Virus record (IMG/VR): IMGVR_UViG_3300031732_000043
Coordinates: 1 to 45,895 of that record
Source: a virus
Taxonomy: Duplodnaviria > Caudoviricetes
DNA: 45,895 bases
Direction: 5' to 3' (one strand)
Part shown: piece by piece, positions 1 through 7,667 of the stretch
Numbering within the stretch: position 1 is the stretch's first letter
How the letters are laid out: each line of letters begins with the position of its first letter
The notes under the pieces: generated by a model
The model's database searches: none
Seen by the model: the letters and a program-made list of their open reading frames with translations, nothing else
Told to the model about the DNA's origin: nothing
Translations under genes and position numbers: made by a program

Positions 1-254
1 GCATCGGGATGGGCCACTACCTTCGGAACTGCACTGAACATATGCTGTTCTGCACGAAAGGGAACAAAGCCACGGATCGTAACGACGTTCCGAACTACAT
101 CCTGGCAGAACGGACTGAACACAGTGCAAAACCCGCGAAATCTTATCGGCTGGCTGAAGAACTATCCAATGCCCCCCCCCGCCTGGAACTGTTCAGCAGG
201 GAATCCAGGTGCGGATGGGACGTGTGGGGCGATGAAGCAGATCCAGATGAATAA
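1..254 (+). CDS. MT-A70 family N6-adenine methyltransferase, C-terminal part (5' truncated)
   Basis: IGMGHYLRNCTEHMLFCTKG...EHSAKP...RLELFSRESRCGWDVWGDE, the typical MT-A70 C-terminal motifs. Confidence 0.88.
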   Translation, partial: IGMGHYLRNCTEHMLFCTKGNKATDRNDVPNYILAERTEHSAKPAKSYRLAEELSNAPPRLELFSRESRCGWDVWGDEADPDE

Positions 255-609
255 ACCAGCGTGATGATCGTTCAAGATATATGCCAGCCAATCACACAGC
301 GTATCGATGCAGAAACAGTATGTTACCCTTCCAAAATCCGGTGAACGGGGGTGGTTCACACTCGGCTGAACTGATCCCATCCCACGGCTGTCGGCTGATG
401 CGACGGAACAGTGACGTGAAACACCCAGCAAACGGCCAGGTTCGACAGTGTTGGATCGGCCTGGTTCACGGCCCGCTGGGGGTTCAGGCCCCCACCCTGA
501 ACGTTGTAGGGCCATCCCCAATGGGTAGGTACCGGGGGAAGCCGGGTATTCCGGCCATTCCCCACCGCTTGCCGTTTCTGCCAGCAATACCGAGAACGGT
601 GATCAGTGG

Positions 610-1395
610 ATGGTGCAGAAAAACCTGAACTTCGAGGAAGCCACCCAGGTGGAAGAATCCGACATCCACCACACGAACGCAAAACAGCAGGGAAACGATG
701 CAGAAACCTGGGTGAAACACAGGTATTCACTCGAAGGCCAGCGTGAAGATCAGTTCCCCACCTTCGCACACGACGTGTTCGATCCCAGATCAGGAACGCC
801 AGGTGAAGTGAAATCCTGCCAGATCCGGTATAACGGCAGCGGTGGCCGTGGCCGGTTCCAGATCTGGGATTACGCACATCGGGAACTGCTTGATTCTGGT
901 GGATTTTACGTGTTCGTGGTTCACGAACCCAGGGTTCAACCCCATCAGATGCACGTGTACTTCCACCGGCCACTGTCGGCAGCAGCCGTGGATGAACTGA
1001 TCGGGAACTGGCACCCCATCGATCACACCCTTCGGCCAGATCAGGCCCGCCGAACCGAAATCAGCCAGTCGGCCATCTTCACCGACATCGACGTACACAG
1101 AATCACCGAGGAACAGGCACACAAACAGAACGGAAGCGGCCCCGAGGAATCCCAGGGAAGTGATCCCGCCGATCAGGAAGCAGGGATCCCCCAGGTGGAA
1201 CGTGTGAACGAAATCATCGAAATCATCCGAGAACTGGAAGCACAGCACGATGAACAGGCAGCGGAAGAATCGAAGATCCTGGCCGAAGCCGGGAAGCGTG
1301 GAATCGATTCAGACACAGCACAGCACCACATCGATGAACTGAAGAAACGGGGTGAAACCTATATGCCCCGTGATGGTGCCTTCCGGGTGACGTAA
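610..1395 (+). CDS. PD-(D/E)XK nuclease-like protein with C-terminal MCM-like winged helix
   Basis: HDVFD...GEVKSCQ catalytic-like motif and GGFYVFVV strand; last ~65 aa (IIEIIRELE...GIDSDTAQHHIDELKKRGETYMPRDG) resemble the haloarchaeal MCM C-terminal WH domain. Confidence 0.7.
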   Translation: MVQKNLNFEEATQVEESDIHHTNAKQQGNDAETWVKHRYSLEGQREDQFPTFAHDVFDPRSGTPGEVKSCQIRYNGSGGRGRFQIWDYAHRELLDSGGFYVFVVHEPRVQPHQMHVYFHRPLSAAAVDELIGNWHPIDHTLRPDQARRTEISQSAIFTDIDVHRITEEQAHKQNGSGPEESQGSDPADQEAGIPQVERVNEIIEIIRELEAQHDEQAAEESKILAEAGKRGIDSDTAQHHIDELKKRGETYMPRDGAFRVT

Positions 1396-1396
1396 G

Positions 1397-1672
1397 ATGA
1401 ACCCAGATCAGGCAGAACAGGTGCTGGCTGCCGAACTGGATATGATCCAGGAACAGGCAGCAGCCCAGTTGATCGAGAACTACAAAAGCAAAGGCGATGC
1501 GTGGCTGGAATACGAACCCAGATGGCATATGTGGAAGGGGATCGATGAACTTTTTTCAGCCACCCATCACGCCAAACGTGGCAGAACCCAGGATTTTGAA
1601 CGGTGCCTGGCCGATGGCCTAAACCACATCCTGATGGCTTCCTACCTTCAGCACGACAGTGATCAGGTGTGA
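1397..1672 (+). CDS. Hypothetical helical protein (weak resemblance to MazG/dNTP diphosphohydrolase-like folds)
   Basis: 91 aa ORF coupled to the upstream gene; LADGLNHILMA helix; function uncertain. Confidence 0.55.
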   Translation: MNPDQAEQVLAAELDMIQEQAAAQLIENYKSKGDAWLEYEPRWHMWKGIDELFSATHHAKRGRTQDFERCLADGLNHILMASYLQHDSDQV

Positions 1673-1736
1673 CACTGAACCCCAGCGACCAATCACCGTT
1701 CCATAGACCGTTAGCAACACGTTACACGCACCCCAA

Positions 1737-1793
1737 CCCCAGGCACTGAACCCGGAACCCCCGGAAGTAGGTGCCTGGGGCCTTTTTTATTTT
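1737..1793 (+). terminator. Hairpin plus T-tract terminator closing the early/methylase unit
   Basis: CCCCAGGCAC (1737-46) pairs with GTGCCTGGGG (1771-80), followed by TTTTTTATTTT. Confidence 0.6.
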
Positions 1794-2220
1794 AACGAGT
1801 GATTTTACACCAGTTACCCATCCAGACAGCACATCAGGCACCCCATAACAAATAGCCCCGAACCCGTTGCTTCACCCGCCTGCATCCGGGAACGTTCCTG
1901 ATCACCTTCCATCGTTTCCACACGGCAGGCCACCAACCGTTCCACCAGGGGATACTGATCACCATCCCCCCTGGGGGATTCCCCACACCTAATCCACCCA
2001 GTGCCATCAGCGGCCACAGCAGCCGCTGTGATCCGTTTCATCCACGCCAGGTACCATCCATCGTGTGACCCTCGAAGCACAGCACGTGCTGCCAGCAAGC
2101 CACAGCCACGCCAGCCCTACAACCGTGGGGTTCTCGTAGGGTTCTCGCGGGCCTGAAAATGGCTTCCCGGAAAGCAGCGGGATGGCCACCTAAATCCTGA
2201 TACAAACATTAATTCTGCAT

Positions 2221-2844
2221 ATGGCTGGTTCAGAACAGGATCCAGCAGGCGGGGATGGCGATATGTGTGGGTATCCAGCCCAGCGTGGCCCCTGCCAGAA
2301 CCCACCGACAGAAGGGGAACGGTGCTGGATCGAATCCCACACTGTTGATCCCGCTGATCCCCCGAAGGAAGTAACGGATGGCCGTGGTGCGCCTGAAGGG
2401 AACGATAATGCACTGGGAAATCCCGGTGGTACAGCCCCAGAAGGGAACACGAACGCAATGATCCACGGCCTGCACATGACTGCCGAACGACTGCTGGAAG
2501 TGATGGACGGTCGGGAACAGGAAGAACTGAAATCGGCCTTCCTCGAAAAGCGGGAACGCTGCATAAACGACCGACAGGCGTTCAAGCTGGCCGTGTTCGA
2601 TGTGATGGAAACATCGCTGATGCAGGAAATCATCGATGAAGGGATGCACGAATTCATCCAGCAGGGTGAAGATCCAGATGATGGGTTTGATCGGTTCATG
2701 CAGGAAAAGATCGAAGCGATGCAGGGATTCCGAAGGGAACAGCGGCTGGGCCTACACTACGAGGGTGCTTCAGCACAGCACCAGGGTTCCAGTGGAAACG
2801 GGGGGCATGATAACCTGGATCTGCTGGTGAAGGATGCAGACTGA
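2221..2844 (+). CDS. terS: Terminase small subunit (putative)
   Basis: GAPEGNDNA...APEGNTNAMIHGL repeats typical of small terminases, N-terminal Cys/His cluster, upstream of the large terminase. Confidence 0.75.
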   Translation: MAGSEQDPAGGDGDMCGYPAQRGPCQNPPTEGERCWIESHTVDPADPPKEVTDGRGAPEGNDNALGNPGGTAPEGNTNAMIHGLHMTAERLLEVMDGREQEELKSAFLEKRERCINDRQAFKLAVFDVMETSLMQEIIDEGMHEFIQQGEDPDDGFDRFMQEKIEAMQGFRREQRLGLHYEGASAQHQGSSGNGGHDNLDLLVKDAD

Positions 2845-2944
2845 ACGAACGGACAGTAAATCGGGCCAGAACGAAACAGCAAAATCAAATCCCTGGGGAA
2901 TCCTTCCCTGGTGGTTTACGAACGGAAACTAATTCAGATAAAAA

Positions 2945-3109
2945 ATGAACGAAACGGTGCAAGCAGATGTGGATGCAAAGGGAACGAATTGCCGCTGCTG
3001 TGGGAACACACTCGAATCCCCAGGCGGGAACCGGCTGTGCCAGGCGTGTGAAACCGAGGGGTGCGACCCCAGCACACGGCTGTGCCTGAAGGATCTGGGT
3101 GATGCGTGA
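2945..3109 (+). CDS. 54 aa Cys-rich zinc-finger microprotein (below ORF-track cutoff)
   Basis: Manual translation MNETVQADVDAKGTNCRCCGNTLESPGGNRLCQACETEGCDPSTRLCLKDLGDA; stop overlaps the next start. Confidence 0.65.
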   Translation: MNETVQADVDAKGTNCRCCGNTLESPGGNRLCQACETEGCDPSTRLCLKDLGDA

Positions 3110-3480
3110 TGGTCGAACACAGCACCCAGGAACTGATCGATGCAGCGGCAGATGCCCACGATGTGGATCTTGATGCAGCGATTACAGCAGTCGATCCTGA
3201 TCCAGAAAGCAGCCGGATCTACATTCTGGAAGAAGCCCCCCGTGGCTACAGGCTGATTGAATTCGGCCTGGAAGCTGGCTACCCCGAGGAAGGCCAGCCT
3301 GCATCCGAGGAACCGATGATCATCCCGGAATCGGCTGTGGGGGCAGTGCAGGGGTTGCTGCACAGTGCTGGGTTGCACCAGGCCCATGATGCACTGATCG
3401 ATGGCAGCACCCGGCTTCGGGATGTCGCTGAAGGGATGGGCGTTTCTGAACCGCTGCATACTGATGGCGGGGAACGGTGA
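3106..3480 (+). CDS. Hypothetical acidic protein
   Basis: Acidic ORF ending in the TDGG motif common in haloarchaeal virus genes; overlapping junctions. Confidence 0.7.
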   Translation: MMVEHSTQELIDAAADAHDVDLDAAITAVDPDPESSRIYILEEAPRGYRLIEFGLEAGYPEEGQPASEEPMIIPESAVGAVQGLLHSAGLHQAHDALIDGSTRLRDVAEGMGVSEPLHTDGGER

Positions 3481-4013
3481 TGGAACGGCCTGATCCTGCG
3501 GATGTTCGGATAGAACGACTGGTTGAACCCAGCGACATCAACCCCGAGGATCGATCAGGTACTGGGTTGCTGGTGATGGCCCCGTGGGAATTCATGCTGA
3601 TGGGCGTGGCTGGCCGGAAAGATGCGTATTCCGCCCACTGGTGCTGCCCCCGCTGTCTTGATCCTGGATCCCTGGGCCACGAAACCACGATAAAGGGCCA
3701 CGGGATGCAGGTTCACTGCCGATCTGATGAAAATCGGGATGAACGGGATTACCTTCAGATCACCGATGAACACCTGGGTCTGTTGAAGAAAGCCGGGGAT
3801 CTACAGGTGACGGTGAACCCATCGATTGGCTGTCGCTGCTGTGGCTTCCACTGCTACCTGGAAGAAAACGCATATCAGGTTCTGTCCGATTGGACCGGGG
3901 CAGATGAAGAACGTGATCCAGCAGCGGTATTCACGAACCGGATCCAGAAACTGAACGAACATCGGCCAGGTGCGTTTCAGCGACTGTCCGAATTCGTGGA
4001 AGGTGGTGCGTGA
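3477..4013 (+). CDS. Zn-binding protein, DUF6527-like
   Basis: CCPRC and VTVNPSIGCRCCGFHCYL motifs. Confidence 0.55.
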   Translation: MMERPDPADVRIERLVEPSDINPEDRSGTGLLVMAPWEFMLMGVAGRKDAYSAHWCCPRCLDPGSLGHETTIKGHGMQVHCRSDENRDERDYLQITDEHLGLLKKAGDLQVTVNPSIGCRCCGFHCYLEENAYQVLSDWTGADEERDPAAVFTNRIQKLNEHRPGAFQRLSEFVEGGA

Positions 4014-4294
4014 TGCTGGCCAGGATACCCGACTGGCTCCTCGGGAAGAAGCTGGCGAACAGCGACACCCGCCATCGGCCAGCGTGGTTCCCCCCGAAAC
4101 GGTTCGACATCCGGGTTCTTCGGGAACGCCTGGCCGTGCTGTCCATCCCCCCGCATAAGCCCCCGTATCGAAGGCACCAGCGGCTGAAGATGTGGGCCTG
4201 CACGCCGGGAATCATCGGGAAGCCCCGGTGTGTGAACGCCATCGTGGAACTGGATCTGGATGAACGGGAACTGAACGCGGATCTGTATCGATGA
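4010..4294 (+). CDS. Hypothetical basic protein
   Basis: Overlap-coupled ORF, R/K/W rich. Confidence 0.55.
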   Translation: MMLARIPDWLLGKKLANSDTRHRPAWFPPKRFDIRVLRERLAVLSIPPHKPPYRRHQRLKMWACTPGIIGKPRCVNAIVELDLDERELNADLYR

Positions 4295-4542
4295 TCCCGA
4301 TGGCTGATAATCAGGATCCGTATCTTCGAGGTTCCCCGAAACCGCTGGAAGCCTGGATCCCCACGTGTGGCTGGGGAATAGCAGGAACATCGGCAGAACC
4401 GGATGGGATAATCTGGGTGCAGGAAGATGGGCAGCCCACAATCTGCCCCTGGTGTGGATCAGAAGGCTGCCTGGAACGTGCATCTGGTGATGATCTTCCC
4501 GAGGATCGGCAGCCGAACGCTCGAATCATCCGTGATGTGTGA
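4291..4542 (+). CDS. Small Zn-ribbon protein
   Basis: PTCG and CPWCG motifs, coupled start. Confidence 0.6.
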   Translation: MIPMADNQDPYLRGSPKPLEAWIPTCGWGIAGTSAEPDGIIWVQEDGQPTICPWCGSEGCLERASGDDLPEDRQPNARIIRDV

Positions 4543-4599
4543 TCGGACTGAAGAACGCGGATCAGGGAACGGACTCGGATCTGCCCCCGAGGGGTAGCC

Positions 4600-6465
4600 A
4601 TGTCTGGCGATACTGATACATCCTGGATTGAAGGTGAAGCCGAAGCACCCCGTGGTGAAAGTGAACGTGCTGGATCCATCCCCGATGATGATCTGGAAGC
4701 AGCCAGGGAAGATATAATCCAGTTCGCTGAACGGCTGCTTCGAGTGAACGGCAAGCAGTTCGATTACAGCGGGGAATATCAGTTCTGGCAGGAACCCCTT
4801 CGGGCTGTGGTGGCCGATGATACTGAACGGATCCACATCTGGAAGATGGCCCGTGGGCTGGGAAAGACTGAACAGGAATCCATCGTGGAACTGTTCATCC
4901 CCAGCACGGGGAAGATGATGGACATCATGCACAGCGTTCCCCGTGCTGATCAGTTAAACAGTTACATGAACCGAACGGTGGGCAGGAAGGTGGAAACCAG
5001 TGCTGGCGACCCCCCTATCTTGATGTCCATGCTGGATAACAACAGGAATCGGGTGGCAGTAAAGCGGAATAAGTGGATCACAGGTTCGTTCCTCGAAGGC
5101 AGATCTGCCTGGGGAGACGGAAGGGCAATTCAGGGCTTCCACGGCCAGTTCGGTGCAGCCGATGAAGCCCAGAATTGGACATCAGCAGCCCTTCAGAATC
5201 TGAAGGAAGCCATCGATTCCGGGATGGCCAGGGTGCTGCTTACCGGAACCCCGGATTACGAGGGAACGGTGTATCACGAACACTGGCAGGAATCCACACA
5301 GTACCGCTGGCACTATTCCTGCCCCGAGTGTTCGACTGATCAGACCATCACGCTGGATTCCGTGGAAGTGATCGACACAAATCCGAAACGGTGGGGGCTT
5401 CGCTGCCGACAGTGTGGCCGCGGCTTCGAGAAAGCCCAGATCCTGGATAACGGATTCTGGCAGGCCACGAATCCCAGCGGCGTGCATCGGGGATACACCA
5501 TCAATCAGTTGGTATCCCCCCGCCATCCACTGGATGAAGTAATGCGAAGCCGGGAACTGGCGTCCACCACGGAAGGTGATTTCCGGCGGTATAAGCTGTC
5601 CCAGTTCTATTCCGGGGGTGCGAAGCCGATCCCGGAAGCAGCGATTTACGCCTGCTGTGATGATGCGAAAACGCTGCACCAGGAAGCCATCGAAGGGGCT
5701 GGCCCGTATCACGCCGGGATAGACTGGGGTGGTGGTGAATCCGCTGATACGATGGTGGTGATCATTACAGTCGATGATCGGAATCAGAACCACTGGCCGA
5801 ATCACATCCAGATCAGGAACGTGTTCCGGGTGGATTACGAGCATCGGACCGAAGAACTTCGGAAGGTGGCAGAAATCCTGGATCGGTTCCGGGTTACGAG
5901 AAACGGCAGGGGGATGGCTGATCTGGGGTATGGCGAAGCCCACGTGGATTCCATGCAGCGTGGGGATAAGCGTGAAAACGCCATCCCAGAACGTGGCTGG
6001 GGATCCTACATATACGGCCATCGCTTCGATCTGTCTCCCACAAACGAAACTGATGGAAAATGGCCGTTCCTGAAACGTGATGGGAAAACGGTTCACGCTG
6101 CCCAGGCACCGTGGGCAAATCGGGTATTTGATCTGTTCCCCGAGGTGCAGGGCTACGATGATGCACCAGATCCAGGATCGGTGGGGTATGAAACCCAGCG
6201 AACGCCGGATAAACGAATCACCATCCCGTATCAGGATGAAGTTGAAACCCGTGAAACGATGAATTACTGGTTCGATCATCTTACCTCGGTAAAACGGGAA
6301 TTCACCGAAACCAGAACGGGGAACCGGAAAGAACGGATCACCACCTTCCAAAGCAGCCAGAAAGATGATGGATTTTACGCACTGCTGTATGCCTATACTG
6401 CTGCCTGCATCGGTGGCAAGCGGGGGGGCTTCCAGCCGATGAAGATCACGGGTGGAACAGCCTGA
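4600..6465 (+). CDS. terL: Terminase large subunit, lambda GpA-like
   Basis: Walker A KMARGLGKTE, Walker B AADEAQ, LTGTP motif, CPEC/CRQC zinc, WQATNP..HRGYTINQLVSP, nuclease AGIDWG. Confidence 0.92.
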   Translation: MSGDTDTSWIEGEAEAPRGESERAGSIPDDDLEAAREDIIQFAERLLRVNGKQFDYSGEYQFWQEPLRAVVADDTERIHIWKMARGLGKTEQESIVELFIPSTGKMMDIMHSVPRADQLNSYMNRTVGRKVETSAGDPPILMSMLDNNRNRVAVKRNKWITGSFLEGRSAWGDGRAIQGFHGQFGAADEAQNWTSAALQNLKEAIDSGMARVLLTGTPDYEGTVYHEHWQESTQYRWHYSCPECSTDQTITLDSVEVIDTNPKRWGLRCRQCGRGFEKAQILDNGFWQATNPSGVHRGYTINQLVSPRHPLDEVMRSRELASTTEGDFRRYKLSQFYSGGAKPIPEAAIYACCDDAKTLHQEAIEGAGPYHAGIDWGGGESADTMVVIITVDDRNQNHWPNHIQIRNVFRVDYEHRTEELRKVAEILDRFRVTRNGRGMADLGYGEAHVDSMQRGDKRENAIPERGWGSYIYGHRFDLSPTNETDGKWPFLKRDGKTVHAAQAPWANRVFDLFPEVQGYDDAPDPGSVGYETQRTPDKRITIPYQDEVETRETMNYWFDHLTSVKREFTETRTGNRKERITTFQSSQKDDGFYALLYAYTAACIGGKRGGFQPMKITGGTA

Positions 6466-6538
6466 AAACCCCCGGCAGAATAGGAACCCGGAAGCAGCGG
6501 CTTGTATCGTTTACTTTCGAGGTTGTTATCATCTATGT

Positions 6539-6727
6539 GTGGGTGATGATGATGGCGATTCAGATGGTTGTGATCTGCTGGAACGGGATTTCACCCGGTA
6601 TGAAGTGTACTGGCATGGGTTTACGCTGATAATATACGATACACAGAACCCCGAAGCGTGGGTTCGATCCACGTTTTATGTTCCCGTGGCAGGCTTCGGT
6701 GAAGATGAATCGCCGGAAGATGAATAG
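6539..6727 (+). CDS. Small haloarchaeal protein (DUF7331-like); start uncertain (ORF open from 6452)
   Basis: LIIYDTQNPEAWVRST motif recalled from haloarchaeal small proteins. Confidence 0.5.
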   Translation: MGDDDGDSDGCDLLERDFTRYEVYWHGFTLIIYDTQNPEAWVRSTFYVPVAGFGEDESPEDE

Positions 6728-6793
6728 GTCGGTGAGAGGTGACTAAATCCATCGGAATGGTTGTTTTAATACCCAGGGTGCAACAGCATTGCT

Positions 6794-7123
6794 ATGTCCA
6801 GACCGATCAGCATTGATGCAACGCTGGATACATCCGGCGGTTCTGATGATCAAGTATCGCAAACAGCGACGGTGGATAGTGAATCAGCAGTGTTGCAGGT
6901 AGAAAATCGTGGATCCAGCACGGATGTGGATTTCCACCTGGAAGCCAGGCTGGATGATTCCCTATCCTGGGCCGACTGGATCGAAGCGTATTCGGCTGTG
7001 GGGAACGGGTCGGTGAAGATGGACCCCATTGATCTGGAATCCGTTGCTGAAGTTCGGGTTAGAATCGTGAATTGGGATGGTTCAAACCAAGCCGATGTGC
7101 GTGCTGAACTGGAAACCAGGTGA
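6794..7123 (+). CDS. Beta-rich putative virion protein
   Basis: Acidic 109 aa ORF with beta-strand pattern, between terL and portal. Confidence 0.6.
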   Translation: MSRPISIDATLDTSGGSDDQVSQTATVDSESAVLQVENRGSSTDVDFHLEARLDDSLSWADWIEAYSAVGNGSVKMDPIDLESVAEVRVRIVNWDGSNQADVRAELETR

Positions 7124-7129
7124 TTCTGG

Positions 7130-7534
7130 ATGGCACGAAACCCAACCCGGAAACCGAACCCGAGAAACTTCAAAACCGAATCGATCAGTACAGACCGTGC
7201 AAGCATCAATAAGCGCTTGAATGTATCTCAATCCCAACTGCAAATCTCATCTAATTCTATTCCCTATCAGAGCTCTTATATAGCGCTTGAGGGCGAGGGG
7301 CGGAACGCCGATAACTTGGATAACATCACGGGCGGGCAAAACGAGGGAGACTTGATAATGTTGCGAGCAGCGGCTGAAAACATCACTCTGCGGCATACGC
7401 AGGGAGGAGCCGGAGAGCTACATCTAGAGGGCGGGACAAATAAAACCCTCAGAGGGGCACAATACCGGATCATCTTGACGTATAATGCGTTCAATGACAC
7501 TTGGGTCCAGACCACATCGCTCATCCAGACATGA
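7130..7534 (+). CDS. Putative fibre/adhesin-like virion protein with compositionally foreign C-terminus
   Basis: DNLDNITGG..EGDLIMLR...IILTY..W fibre-tip-like pattern; atypical oligonucleotide usage from ~7205. Confidence 0.55.
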   Translation: MARNPTRKPNPRNFKTESISTDRASINKRLNVSQSQLQISSNSIPYQSSYIALEGEGRNADNLDNITGGQNEGDLIMLRAAAENITLRHTQGGAGELHLEGGTNKTLRGAQYRIILTYNAFNDTWVQTTSLIQT

Positions 7535-7667
7535 TGACAGAGTGCTGGCCGGGCGGTTCATAGTGAGATATATTGACCGGCCAATTCACCGCCCACGGAC
7601 ACTGTTAAAACCCAACATCAATCCAGCGTGATGTGCGTTTTTACCGACTGGTTTCCACAGTCGTGGT

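Noticed and set aside
281-628. 115 aa ORF
   Set aside because: Basic and Pro/Gly-rich, unlike the proteome, and overlaps a hairpin-dense region; treated as non-coding.
1397-1672. dATP/dGTP diphosphohydrolase implying a base-substituted genome
   Set aside because: The resemblance is weak, and no PurZ, Que/Dpd or viral polymerase genes were recognised.
5182-6351. Long minus-strand ORF (389 aa) and similar antisense ORFs
   Set aside because: Shadow frames of well-supported acidic + strand genes; their I/F/H-rich composition mirrors GAT/GAA codons.
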